Assembly: GCA_965242925.1 (NCBI GenBank)
Contig: CBDEUM010000022.1
Span: forward strand, 32,001 to 96,000
Reading direction: 5' to 3'
Length of the DNA: 64,000 bases
Source of the DNA: Roseibacillus sp.
Lineage (GTDB): Bacteria > Verrucomicrobiota > Verrucomicrobiia > Verrucomicrobiales > Akkermansiaceae
Part shown: positions 51,780-61,710 of the stretch, one piece after another
Numbering within the stretch: position 1 is the first letter of the stretch
Layout of the letters: every line of letters starts with the position of its first letter
Notes under the pieces: model-generated
Databases searched by the model: none
Told to the model about the DNA's origin: nothing
Seen by the model: the letters and a program-made list of their open reading frames with translations, nothing else
Made by a program: the position numbers and the translations under genes

Positions 51780-52697
51780 ATGCTCACCTTCTTCACCCAT
51801 CCTGCCTACAATGAGCATAGGATGCACGAGGGCCATCCCGAGCGCCCCGAGCGCACCCAGTCGATCCTCTCTCATCTCAAGGAGACCGGACAACTGACTG
51901 AATTCGAGCAACGCAATCCGGAGACAGTAAGCGAAGAGGCCCTCAAGCGTGTCCACGAACCGCTCTACCTCAAGAACCTCGCGGCAAGCGCTCCCGCTTC
52001 CGGACTCGTCACAGTCGATCCCGACACCCACCTCTCACCCGGTTCTCTTCCTGCCGCCCGCCTCGCCGCCGGCGCCCTGGAGGAGGCAGTCGCTCTCGTC
52101 CTATCCGGGAAAAACAAACGCGTCTTCTCCTGTGCCCGGCCTCCCGGTCACCACGCCGAACACGACGCCGGGATGGGCTTCTGCTTTTACAACAACGTGG
52201 CGGTGGGTGCCGCTGCCGCGCTCGCGCACGAGGACATCGACCGGGTGGCGATCCTCGACTTCGACGTTCATCACGGAAACGGAACCGTGGACATCTTCAA
52301 GGACAAGCCCGGGGTTCTCGTCGCCTCCAGTTTCCAGCACCCCCACTATCCCCACCGCTACTACGACCTCAAGCGCCCGAATATCGTCAACACCCCGCTG
52401 GTAGCCGGCACGGATGGCCCGGGGTTCCGCAAGGCCATCGAGCGCGATTGGCTGCCCGCCCTCGAGAAATTCAAACCCCAGCTCATCTTCATCTCCGCCG
52501 GATTCGACGCCCACACCGCCGACCCCCTCGGCGACATCCATCTCAAGGAGGCGGACTTCACCTGGGTGACCGATCTGATCGTGGCGGCTGCCCGACAACA
52601 CTGCGGGGGACGCATCATTTCCACCCTGGAGGGTGGCTACAACCTCGAGGCGCTGGCCAGGTCGGTGGCCGCCCACCTGCAGGCCCTCGCCTCCTGA
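51780..52697 (+). CDS. Histone deacetylase-family (class II) amidohydrolase
   Basis: HPERPER, RPPGHHA, GFC, DFDVHHGNGT, SAGFDA, LEGGY. Confidence 0.93.
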   Translation: MLTFFTHPAYNEHRMHEGHPERPERTQSILSHLKETGQLTEFEQRNPETVSEEALKRVHEPLYLKNLAASAPASGLVTVDPDTHLSPGSLPAARLAAGALEEAVALVLSGKNKRVFSCARPPGHHAEHDAGMGFCFYNNVAVGAAAALAHEDIDRVAILDFDVHHGNGTVDIFKDKPGVLVASSFQHPHYPHRYYDLKRPNIVNTPLVAGTDGPGFRKAIERDWLPALEKFKPQLIFISAGFDAHTADPLGDIHLKEADFTWVTDLIVAAARQHCGGRIISTLEGGYNLEALARSVAAHLQALAS

Positions 52698-52809
52698 GGA
52701 GACCCTCACTTCCTGGTCCGCCGGATCCTGGATCGATCGCCGCTTCCGTCCACCCGTGGTGAGGCAAGGTCGTCCCGCCCCACTCGTCCGGGTGCTCTGC
52801 CCCGTTATC

Positions 52810-53820
52810 CTACTCCTCTCCCTCTCCTATGGGATCGCCCTGCGGCAGCGGATCAGGGTGCACCTGCTTCAAGTACTTGAACAGGTCACTATCGGTAGAC
52901 AGGACCACCGTGCTTTTTCCCCCGATGATCAACGGGTAAAGTTCCATCGTCCGGGAGAACTCATAAAACTCTGCGGCCTGTGGACTCTGGTTGTAGGCGG
53001 CGGCGTAAATCCCGGTCGCCCTGGCGTCCGCTTCCCCCTTGATCTCCTGGACCTTTCGGTAGGCCTCCGATTCAATCACATTAAGATCCTTCTCCATCTG
53101 CCCGGTGATCTTGGCCGCCTCCCCGGCACCCTCCGAGCGGAACCGCTCCGCGATCTGTTTCCGCTCTGACATCATCCGCTGATAGATCTGTCTCTCCACG
53201 CTTTGATTATAGTTCACCCGCTTGAAACGGACATCCAGCAACTCAATCCCAAACTCCTCCAACTTCACACGGCTCTTTTCAAAGATATCCTTTTCCAGCT
53301 CTGTGCGTCCACGGGAGATCTCGGGCAGGACCCCTACCTCACCGCCCAGATCGGCCTTCGCCAACTCATCAACCTGGGTCGGAACGCGATCCTTGGTCGT
53401 CCGAATCACTTCAATCAACTCATGCTTGGCAATGGTATTCCGTGTTTCCGAACCGAGGATATCGTTCAGGCGGGACTGGGCACTGCGCTCATCCCTGAGG
53501 CGTTGAAAATACTTGAGAGGATCCGTGATCTGCCATCGCCCGAAGGTGTCGACCATGATCAGGGTCTTCTCCTTGGTAGGCATCTGGTCGCTCGGTCCAT
53601 CCCATTCAAGAATCCTTTTTTCGATGATGTTGATCTTCTGGATGAAAGGCACCTTGAAATGGAGACCCGCTTCCGTGACAGGTTTCCCTTTCGGGTCCCC
53701 GAACTGGGTGATGATCACCTGCTCGCGCATGTTCACCGTGTAAGCCGCACTGCTGAGCACCACAATCCCCGCCATGACCAGGATCGCGGTAAGACACCCT
53801 GAAAATACCTTCTTGTTCAT
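52810..53820 (-). CDS. hflC: FtsH protease modulator HflC
   Basis: N-terminal TM helix, SPFH domain (GLHFKVPF, DVRFKR, RMMSER…AERFRSEG). Overlaps the hflK stop. Confidence 0.93.
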   Translation of the reverse strand: MNKKVFSGCLTAILVMAGIVVLSSAAYTVNMREQVIITQFGDPKGKPVTEAGLHFKVPFIQKINIIEKRILEWDGPSDQMPTKEKTLIMVDTFGRWQITDPLKYFQRLRDERSAQSRLNDILGSETRNTIAKHELIEVIRTTKDRVPTQVDELAKADLGGEVGVLPEISRGRTELEKDIFEKSRVKLEEFGIELLDVRFKRVNYNQSVERQIYQRMMSERKQIAERFRSEGAGEAAKITGQMEKDLNVIESEAYRKVQEIKGEADARATGIYAAAYNQSPQAAEFYEFSRTMELYPLIIGGKSTVVLSTDSDLFKYLKQVHPDPLPQGDPIGEGEE

Positions 53821-54806
53821 CGTTGGACTCCTCCCTGGTTCAACTGCAGCAGAGGAAGGATCTGCTGCCCTGCCTCATCCATGATAATCTTCCGCTCCAG
53901 CAGCGGCATCACCTCCTGCATCGTCTCCAGATACATGCGCCGTCGCGTGACCTCCGGGGCCTCCTTGTAGGCTTTCAAGAGAGCTTCAAACCGGGTCGCG
54001 TCTCCCTCTGCTTCATTGACCCGCTTGGTGGCGTAACCCTCGGCCACACTGACCGCTCTTTCTGCCTCTCCTCTCGCCTTCGGGATCTTCTTATTATACT
54101 CCCCGTTGGCAACATTGACGGCGGTGGCACGTTCCTGTTCCGCCCGGTTGACCTCATTGAAGGATTCTTCCACCTCCCGCGGGGGTTTGACGTTCTTGAG
54201 CTGGACCTGGTCGATACTGATACCCATTTCGTAATCGTTGACCAGACTCTGCAGTTTCCGAGAGCTTTCACTTTCAATCTCCTGGCGTCCAATCGTGATA
54301 ACCTCATCCACCGTCCGGTCCCCCACCACTTCACGCATCACGGACTCGGATGCATGTCGCAGGGTCTCATCCGCATTACGCACGTTGAAGAGGTATTCCT
54401 GTGGCTTATCGATGCGATACTGCACCACCCATTCAACGCGCGCGGCATTCAGATCACCGGTCACCATCTCCTTCTCCTGCTCCTGTTCCGTATCCCCGGA
54501 ATACTGGTTGGGATTGGTGTTTCCCCTCGTTCCAAATCCGAATTCCTGCTTCATCTGGCGCAGGACTTCCACCTTCTCCACCCTGTCGATGAAGAACGGC
54601 AGTTTGAAATGAAGCCCTGGAGATTCTGTTTTTTCATACCTCCCGAAGCGCAGGACCACACCTTCCTCATCTGCCTTCACCGTATAAAAGGAGGTCAGCA
54701 ATCCAACTGCGATGAACACGACCACAATTCCCGTCACCACAAAGCGCGCCTTGATCTCAGGGAAGTCCAGCTGAACCTTTTTCCCTCCGATGTCGATCTC
54801 TAACAT
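53817..54806 (-). CDS. hflK: FtsH protease modulator HflK
   Basis: GVVLRFG, PGLHFKLP, MVTGDLN, APEVTRRRMYLETM. Confidence 0.93.
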   Translation of the reverse strand: MLEIDIGGKKVQLDFPEIKARFVVTGIVVVFIAVGLLTSFYTVKADEEGVVLRFGRYEKTESPGLHFKLPFFIDRVEKVEVLRQMKQEFGFGTRGNTNPNQYSGDTEQEQEKEMVTGDLNAARVEWVVQYRIDKPQEYLFNVRNADETLRHASESVMREVVGDRTVDEVITIGRQEIESESSRKLQSLVNDYEMGISIDQVQLKNVKPPREVEESFNEVNRAEQERATAVNVANGEYNKKIPKARGEAERAVSVAEGYATKRVNEAEGDATRFEALLKAYKEAPEVTRRRMYLETMQEVMPLLERKIIMDEAGQQILPLLQLNQGGVQR

Positions 54807-54931
54807 GATCGGGAGGATACAGCCTCAGCACCTCGCAGCCACTACAAAACTCAGCGATTTATGTAACAAGAGATGGCGATAGCCGTGGTCAGAAGATCTC
54901 ACCTCTGGAAATCGTCCTCGCCAAGCCCCCT

Positions 54932-56407
54932 TCAATCCTCTTTTTCACCCTCTGTTTTCGCCTTTCCAGCTCCCGGGTCCGCTTCTCCACCCGGATCCTT
55001 CTTGCTGCCCTCTCCCTCTCCGGCCTGCACGCTCCCCTGCTGTCCCGCGACACATCTCGCAAAACCCTTCATCACGATAGCAGCTGCCTCTGGTCCACAG
55101 GAGTTTGCCTCTCCGTACTGCGACTTCTTCCTGCCATAAGCAAACGGCTTCCTGGCATCCCACTGCCGCTTCGGAATAAGATAACCCACCTCGTCATTGG
55201 CCAACCCGAAGAGCATCCACTTTTCTTCACCCAGCGTCTCTGCGATGGTTGGCTCGAGAGCGGCCTCAGGAAAGTCCGCCGCTGGATCGGCCGGCTCCTG
55301 GAATTTCCCGTATACCAGCTCAGGGTACAGTTCTCCCGGGATCGCTGCCAGCGAGAGCTCTCCGAGTTGCAGGAGAGCCACCTCGGTCTCGATGGTCAGG
55401 AGCTGATCCGGGGACTTCGCACTCATCGCCTGCCCTTTCCGGTAGGGATCCCCCGTGGAGACAAATCCCGCCCGCCGCAGCACCCCCATCGAGAGTCCCA
55501 GGCGATAGAGCCGGTTGGTGACCGGGACGTAAATCAACTGCGCCTGCACCTTCATGGGCGTCAGCTCGAGTGGTTTCGCGGCCTCAACCGCCCGCGCCGC
55601 CAACCCCGCCACTTCGATGCCATGCCTCTCGGTATACTCGAAGGTCGTCGGCCCAGCCGGAGGTGCCATCAACCCACCAACTGTTCCGGTAAAGTAAGCC
55701 ACCGGACACTCGTAGTTCTTCTTCAACTCGCGCACTGTGGCCCACGGAAAATCCGCGGTGATCAGCTTGTTCTTCGAGCCCATCGCCTCCGGATGTGAAT
55801 TCCACTGCACGAGCAGACCCGCCTTCTCCCCGTTCTTCCTCGAAAAAACCAGCACCCGCAGGACCGCGTCAAACACGGTGGGTTGACGGGAATCCTTCAA
55901 CAGGTTCCTGTCCTCTGCCGTCCCATAGGACACCCGCACATCCTTGACCGTCGCCCGTGCCGTGCTCTTTACCAGCTCCCTGCACCTGCGCACCACCTCG
56001 GCCACGTAGTCGTCATTCACTCCGTAGGAAACCTGATTGCGCCCCCACATTCCAACCACATCGGGCCCCTCGTGATTGTGGGTTGAGGAAACGAGCACAT
56101 AGGTGAATTCCGGGAGCTGCTTGCGGATTTCCTGGACTGCGGGAAACTGCAGGCCCACCAGGTCCACCGACACCAGCGCAATCCTCGTCCTGCCCTCTTC
56201 CAGCACCACGCACCTCGCCATCAGGGGATCATGCACCCCCGCCGCCTGCCGGCCCGTCCCGTAACCCGCGAGCCAGACCTTCTCCTTGCCACCCAGCTTC
56301 GGGGTGATGTCCACCTCCCCGAAACCCACGTCAAGAGCCTGGACAGGCCCTGCCAGCACGACCGCCAGAGCCACGAACCGCAGTCTCCTTCGAAAACCAG
56401 CACTCAT
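54932..56407 (-). CDS. Neutral/alkaline ceramidase-like amidohydrolase
   Basis: VGFGEVDITP, GVHDPLMAR, SSTHNHEGPD, HPE, IPGE, GLANDEVGY. Signal peptide from ATG 56407. Confidence 0.75.
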   Translation of the reverse strand: MSAGFRRRLRFVALAVVLAGPVQALDVGFGEVDITPKLGGKEKVWLAGYGTGRQAAGVHDPLMARCVVLEEGRTRIALVSVDLVGLQFPAVQEIRKQLPEFTYVLVSSTHNHEGPDVVGMWGRNQVSYGVNDDYVAEVVRRCRELVKSTARATVKDVRVSYGTAEDRNLLKDSRQPTVFDAVLRVLVFSRKNGEKAGLLVQWNSHPEAMGSKNKLITADFPWATVRELKKNYECPVAYFTGTVGGLMAPPAGPTTFEYTERHGIEVAGLAARAVEAAKPLELTPMKVQAQLIYVPVTNRLYRLGLSMGVLRRAGFVSTGDPYRKGQAMSAKSPDQLLTIETEVALLQLGELSLAAIPGELYPELVYGKFQEPADPAADFPEAALEPTIAETLGEEKWMLFGLANDEVGYLIPKRQWDARKPFAYGRKKSQYGEANSCGPEAAAIVMKGFARCVAGQQGSVQAGEGEGSKKDPGGEADPGAGKAKTEGEKED

Positions 56408-56424
56408 CACTCCGCCAGCATCAA

Positions 56425-58740
56425 TTATCTCGCGGGACCCGGCCACCTCAAATGCCGGTGCAAAAACTCGTAGGTTTTCCTCCCGTTGATGGTATGCGGT
56501 CCCACGAACCACTCGATCTCCGCCCGGTCTCCAAGGCCCAGTCGTGCGGCATAGAGAAAGCGCACCTTGGCAAACTCATAGGCCACCGTCTTGTCCGGTG
56601 CCACCCCGTCAAAGTGACCCCGCTCCACCATGAAGGGCCGTGGGCAGATGAGCGCCGCCATTTCAAAGTAGTTGAAGGTCCCTCCCAGATCGAACTCGAA
56701 AATTTCGTATTCCCCCTTGTTGGCGTAGCTGTGGCGCAGGGCAAGAGGATCGGTAGCCGCGTTCTTCCAGACCCACTCGTTGAAGTCGGCCGAGCAGATC
56801 GAGAGGCAATAGCGATCCACCAGGGGAGGAATCCGCATGGCGGACTTGCCTCCATAGCTCAGGCCGTAGAAACCAATCCGGTCGGCATCAACGAAGGGCA
56901 GGTCCGCCAGCCAGTCGGTGATCTGGCGATGCTGGGGAACCATCACCGAAAACAGGGTGCAGCCCACGGCATTGGCCTTGAACTGCAGGATACGGAACAG
57001 GTCCTGGCCCAGGTAGAGGTTCTGCGGGGCAAAGGTTACGAATCCGCGCTCCGCCAGCCGGGTCGCAAAGGCCTTGTAGTAATGGTGGTCCTGCTCGCCC
57101 ACCGTCGACTGCGGGCGCCCCTCCAACCCGTGCTGGCACACCACCACCGGTCGCTTCTCCGAACCATCAAGCTTCATCCCCTTGGGCAAGGTCAGGATTC
57201 CGTAAGCCTTTACCTCTCCCTGCACGTCGAGCATCACTTCGTAACTGATCGTCTTCGGACCCTCCTGAAAGGTTCTCGTGTGCGGATTAGCCACGGCCAG
57301 CTTCTGCAGACTCTCAAACTCACCGATCACCTCCTTGCTGAATTTCTCCCGGAGAGTGGCGATACTCCCTTCGTAATTCCGCACGCTGTCCAGCTTTACC
57401 CCCCTGAACAACCCGTTACGCACACCCTCCGAATCGATCAGGGCTCGTTGGTTGTGCCGTTCGATGGCCTGGACCTGTTGCATGTGGCGCCTGCCGATCA
57501 GCTCCGGAGTCTGCAGCGGCTTGACCGGCACCCAGCCAGGACCGGAAGTTGAAAGGTTGCCGGGGGGAATCTTCACTTCCATCTTCTCCAGGAGCCCCAG
57601 CCAGCTCTTTCGCTCGCCGGCACGCTGGGTGGCTTGAATTGTCACTCCCTCACCCCCGATGCGCGCGACTTCTGACCGCACCGCTTCCAGTGAGTGGCTC
57701 AGCAACTTCCCCGGCTTCCCCCGCTTGCCCGCCCCGGTGCGGAGACGTTGTGGAACACCCCCGGCATCAAGCCGGAAGCCGTAGTCAGGAAAGTGGCCGG
57801 TTTCGATCACCAGTGCCCTCGGCAGGATCAGGCGGGCAATTCCGGCATCCGGGTGCCCCCGCAGCAATCCGAATACCGTTCGATCGGCGGGCTCATCCCA
57901 GACGCGGCCGCGGGGTCCGAAATACCCGCTCACCAATGCGCCATCGAGACGCTCGTCGAGGGCTGCGGCATAAAGGGCAAGCCGTCCGCCCTCCCCCCAG
58001 CCGACCACCGCGACCTTTCCGCTCGTGCTCCGGCCCGACAGGCCCGGATTGCCATTTCGGAAGCAATCGACTGCGGCCAGGATCTTGTGCACCTCGTATC
58101 CCACCAGGGTCCGGCCCAGTTCCCACGCCACCCGGTGCAACCACTCCCGCATTGGCATGGCATGGTGCTCGCTCCGCTTGATCAGGACCGGAACCAGGAC
58201 CCGGCAACCGGCCAGGGCCATCTCGACCGCATAGGGATGAGTGCGCTGGCTCTTGTCCCAGGGCTCGATGCCTCCGAGTTCTTCCGGATCCTGGTCGGCA
58301 TCAGGAAGAGCGATAATGTCAACAAGCGGTTGGGCCCCATCCGGTTCAAACAGCAGACCTGTCGCCTCGGTTCCGCCGATGGTTTTCCATCGCACATTCC
58401 GGACCGTGTAGTTGCGTCCTTTTCCAATTGGCCCCCACCGTTGGCCGGTGTGCTCAAAACCGTTCTCCGTGGGATTCCCATCCCGTGGCATTCCCAGAAT
58501 CCGTGCCAGCTCCTTCCGCGTTCCCGGTCCCCTCTCCTGCATGACTTTCGCGATCTCCCCATCGAGGAAGCTGTCAACCCCCTCCACCATCGCAATGGAC
58601 AGGTCACCCCCGGCTTCCAGAAGTTTCGTCCCCGGCAGAGCCTTTTTCTCGGTCACGGCCTTGAGCAGTGGCCAAGCCGGATTTTCCTGCGCCGAAACCG
58701 TGGCGCACATGCAGATCCAGGCCATCAGCAATCGTTTCAT
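56425..58740 (-). CDS. Secreted tandem alpha/beta-hydrolase (dienelactone hydrolase / acetyl-xylan-esterase-like)
   Basis: Two hydrolase lobes: GWGEGG (degenerate) and CQHG…GFYGLSYGG…GHFDGV…GPH. Confidence 0.8.
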   Translation of the reverse strand: MKRLLMAWICMCATVSAQENPAWPLLKAVTEKKALPGTKLLEAGGDLSIAMVEGVDSFLDGEIAKVMQERGPGTRKELARILGMPRDGNPTENGFEHTGQRWGPIGKGRNYTVRNVRWKTIGGTEATGLLFEPDGAQPLVDIIALPDADQDPEELGGIEPWDKSQRTHPYAVEMALAGCRVLVPVLIKRSEHHAMPMREWLHRVAWELGRTLVGYEVHKILAAVDCFRNGNPGLSGRSTSGKVAVVGWGEGGRLALYAAALDERLDGALVSGYFGPRGRVWDEPADRTVFGLLRGHPDAGIARLILPRALVIETGHFPDYGFRLDAGGVPQRLRTGAGKRGKPGKLLSHSLEAVRSEVARIGGEGVTIQATQRAGERKSWLGLLEKMEVKIPPGNLSTSGPGWVPVKPLQTPELIGRRHMQQVQAIERHNQRALIDSEGVRNGLFRGVKLDSVRNYEGSIATLREKFSKEVIGEFESLQKLAVANPHTRTFQEGPKTISYEVMLDVQGEVKAYGILTLPKGMKLDGSEKRPVVVCQHGLEGRPQSTVGEQDHHYYKAFATRLAERGFVTFAPQNLYLGQDLFRILQFKANAVGCTLFSVMVPQHRQITDWLADLPFVDADRIGFYGLSYGGKSAMRIPPLVDRYCLSICSADFNEWVWKNAATDPLALRHSYANKGEYEIFEFDLGGTFNYFEMAALICPRPFMVERGHFDGVAPDKTVAYEFAKVRFLYAARLGLGDRAEIEWFVGPHTINGRKTYEFLHRHLRWPGPAR

Positions 58741-58861
58741 CCAGGCACGCTAGAATGACGAGCCCGGGATTGGGAGAGGAATCTACCCGGACGGATAACG
58801 GAAAGCTCAATCCGTAGAGCAGGGCTCCCCCATGCCTACAACCCGCCACTTCCCCCGGAAC

Positions 58862-60796
58862 TCACTTCCCATTCAGGAAGGCAGCCCACCGGGTTTCCGC
58901 GAGGCATGGAGTCAGGCACAGCGCCCCCGGAGGCCCCTGGCCCACCGGTGCAATGGTGAGAGAGGTCTGCGCATGAGAAGGCGTAAAGCGGGCCAGTTCC
59001 AGGGCCACCCGCCCCATGGTGTAACGCGGATTAATCTCCACCACCGGTTTCCACCGCACCGCCCCGTCGCGGTCCTGGTAGAGAAAGGCATCCAGACCCA
59101 CTGGCCCGGTGTAGTGATGCTTCTCCAACAGGGTCACCAGGGCCGGTTCCAGGACACCCTCCAGAAAATCGATGAGATGTCCGTTCCGGGAGGCCCCTTC
59201 GAAGAGGAGACGACACACCTCCTCCTCCAGAAAATCGGTGAATCGATCGGCCACGGTGGCACGACGAAACTGTCCCCGGTCCGTGTTTTCCACCACCACC
59301 AGTCCTCTTTTCCTCAATTCACCATCGGCCATATCGTAGTGCACCGAAAAATCGATGAGACGCGGTAGCCAGGGCTCGATGACCAGTTCCCCCTGCCGGG
59401 CGATCAGGTTTTCGATGCGCGCGTGCAACCCGGCCGAGACTCCCTCCGCGACCCTGCAGACCACCCGGTCCCGTCCCGCCGTGCTGAAGGGCGCCTTCAC
59501 CACACACTCAGGAAATGATGAGGACTCCATCCAGGTCTCTACTGCACCCGCCGAGCAGACCGTTTCTCCGACACACTCGGGGGGGCAGAGCATCGGGTTG
59601 GAGGCACTTTCCAGCAGGCTCCGCAGAAACCCTGCATGCAGCGACTTGGAAAACAATTCCCGCGGCGCCTGGGGACAATCCATCCCCAGTTTGTCGATCA
59701 TGGGCTGGGCATCCGGAGTCCGCGCCCAGGGACGCAACTCGTGCAGCTTGCGCTCCCCGATCTCGGAAACGCGGTCGGCAGAGACAATCTCCGGCAACTC
59801 AATCCCGGCATCCAGCAAGTGGGCGAGAAACGCGGTGGGGGGCATCTCGGGCACGATCACGACATCTTCATGACGGGCCAGGTAGGCCGGCAGCAGTGCC
59901 AGATCGCACTCCACCTGCCGGGCTGCCCCGGTGGATGCAGCCCCTGACGAAACCAGGCTCTCCTCCGCCCCGGGGTTGAACCAGAAGACATTCGGCGTTC
60001 GCCCTTTCGATTGCGCATAGACCTGCAGCTTCCGAATGAATTCCTCGTCGAGTCCAGCCTCCCGGCGTCCCCGCTCGTTGAATGAGAATGCTCCCTTGGC
60101 TCGTGCCGCCGAAAGGGGCAGATGCAGACCGGTCACGAACCTCCGCCAGTCCGACCCTTCCCTCTTCCACCTGCGGAACCACTTCAATCCGTATCTCACG
60201 TGTTCGATCTCGTCACGATAGATCCGCTCCAGGATCGCTGCGGTCTCCAGATCTCCCGCCTCGCCAAACACTTCGGCGTAGCCCCGTGCATAATCGAGAT
60301 TGGCCTGTTCAAAAGTCAGCGAAAGCCGGGTGACGTAGTCGAGCGGGGCAGCCATGGTGGAGACCGTATTCCAGACAAACCCGTTGACCGGAAGATCCCC
60401 GAACTTCACTCCGCAATCGGCCATCCGCTTCAGGTAGAGCTTGGTGTGCATCTGTTCCTCTTTCATGGTCTGCAGCACCCCGGCGCGGAACTCAGCCGGG
60501 GCCTCGGGAAACTTCAGCAGCACCAGAGCCATCAGTTCGGTTGCCAGCAATTCGTGATTGGCAAAGAAATGCAGCAACCTTCCCCGCTGCTCCTCGTTCT
60601 CAAGTCCCACCGTTCCGGGAAACTCGGCCCGGACGCCATCACGCCGCAACCTCAGTTCCTCCGGCCTGCCTGGCGCTTCCGGAGTAGTGATCGGATCTCC
60701 GCGATTCTCATCGCTCACCCCCGGGGGTGGTGGGGCGAGCTTCTCCTCCAGGGTAGTCCCGAAGAGGATGCGTTCCGCAATCTCCCGCACCATCAT
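58862..60796 (-). CDS. Ferritin-like di-iron domain (DUF455-type) fused to an ATP-grasp ligase domain
   Basis: HFFANHELLATE, EEQMH, FEQANLD and DEIEH carboxylate/His motifs. C-terminal VVKAPFSTAGR, LVIEPWL, GPVGLDAF, VEINPRYTMG. Confidence 0.8.
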   Translation of the reverse strand: MMVREIAERILFGTTLEEKLAPPPPGVSDENRGDPITTPEAPGRPEELRLRRDGVRAEFPGTVGLENEEQRGRLLHFFANHELLATELMALVLLKFPEAPAEFRAGVLQTMKEEQMHTKLYLKRMADCGVKFGDLPVNGFVWNTVSTMAAPLDYVTRLSLTFEQANLDYARGYAEVFGEAGDLETAAILERIYRDEIEHVRYGLKWFRRWKREGSDWRRFVTGLHLPLSAARAKGAFSFNERGRREAGLDEEFIRKLQVYAQSKGRTPNVFWFNPGAEESLVSSGAASTGAARQVECDLALLPAYLARHEDVVIVPEMPPTAFLAHLLDAGIELPEIVSADRVSEIGERKLHELRPWARTPDAQPMIDKLGMDCPQAPRELFSKSLHAGFLRSLLESASNPMLCPPECVGETVCSAGAVETWMESSSFPECVVKAPFSTAGRDRVVCRVAEGVSAGLHARIENLIARQGELVIEPWLPRLIDFSVHYDMADGELRKRGLVVVENTDRGQFRRATVADRFTDFLEEEVCRLLFEGASRNGHLIDFLEGVLEPALVTLLEKHHYTGPVGLDAFLYQDRDGAVRWKPVVEINPRYTMGRVALELARFTPSHAQTSLTIAPVGQGPPGALCLTPCLAETRWAAFLNGK

Positions 60797-60804
60797 GATG
60801 TCTC

Positions 60805-60833
60805 AACCTGCAAGGGAAGCAGGCACTTATCAA
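60805..60833 (-). promoter_or_regulatory. Sigma70-like promoter (TTGATA-17 nt-CAGGTT) 8 nt before the start of the DUF455/ATP-grasp gene
   Basis: Read on the minus strand. Canonical spacing, weak -10. Confidence 0.4.
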
Positions 60834-60923
60834 GACTTCGTGACAGAGGTGCGACGCGACAGCCCGCCCCTTCAGGGATCCCCCGGTCTGCGGTAACCAC
60901 AGCCTCAAAACCGACACCCTCCA

Positions 60924-61700
60924 CTACTCACCGAACACCACCTCACCCCACCGCGCCGGCAGGTGCATGTTGACCGCACCCTGGGGACTCCACACCCAGT
61001 TGTCCTCCGGGTGCTCCTGCTCTTCCGGATTGAGGCTCTCGGCGAGCGGCGTGCCATGCGGCGGAATGCGCACGTAGCGGCCCTCCACCACCTCGTGTCG
61101 CCACTGCACGCGCGAGAAGTTCACCTTCCAGATGTCTCCCACTTGCGGCGGGGTGGCACCTTCCCTGTTGAACTGTGCCAGACCAGCCCAGGGAAAGGCC
61201 ACTTCCACCGACCACCCCTCGTCCTCATCACCGGGGTCATTCAGCGTACCCCGGACCTGCACCGCACTCTGCAGGCCAGGCAGATTGCATCCCAGGATCG
61301 GAACTCCTCCCTCTCCGTAGGGTCTGGGCAGGCTCAGTTCCCAGATACTTCCCAGGGCATTGATCTCGAATTCGTAATAATCGAGCCCGTCGCCGTCCGG
61401 ATCGATGAAGACCTCGAAGTCGTTGTCCTCGAACATGACCGCGTTCTTCTCCGTGATCGTTCCCCACACATGGGGCTCCTCCAGTTCCGCCCCCACGTAA
61501 AGGAAGCCGTCATCCCATGCCATTTTCAAGCGGGTGCGGAATCGCGGTCGCAACTCCGGAGCCCCCGTGATATCGACGAAGTCTTCGGTCCACGCCAGAT
61601 CCGACCAGCCCGGGTCGGACAGTGAACCATCAATGGCAATGGAACGATTCACCCGTCGGCAGAGATATCTCCGCGGCACCCTCTCTTTTGCCGTGCTCAC
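60924..61700 (-). CDS. Carbohydrate-binding family 9-like (DOMON/CBM9) protein
   Basis: IDGSLSD..W, KMAWDD..LY, NDFEVFIDP, YYEFEINALG, WSVEVAFPW, WKVNFSR, WVWSP…MH.P..WG. Confidence 0.85.
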   Translation of the reverse strand: MSTAKERVPRRYLCRRVNRSIAIDGSLSDPGWSDLAWTEDFVDITGAPELRPRFRTRLKMAWDDGFLYVGAELEEPHVWGTITEKNAVMFEDNDFEVFIDPDGDGLDYYEFEINALGSIWELSLPRPYGEGGVPILGCNLPGLQSAVQVRGTLNDPGDEDEGWSVEVAFPWAGLAQFNREGATPPQVGDIWKVNFSRVQWRHEVVEGRYVRIPPHGTPLAESLNPEEQEHPEDNWVWSPQGAVNMHLPARWGEVVFGE

Positions 61701-61710
61701 CGATTTACCC

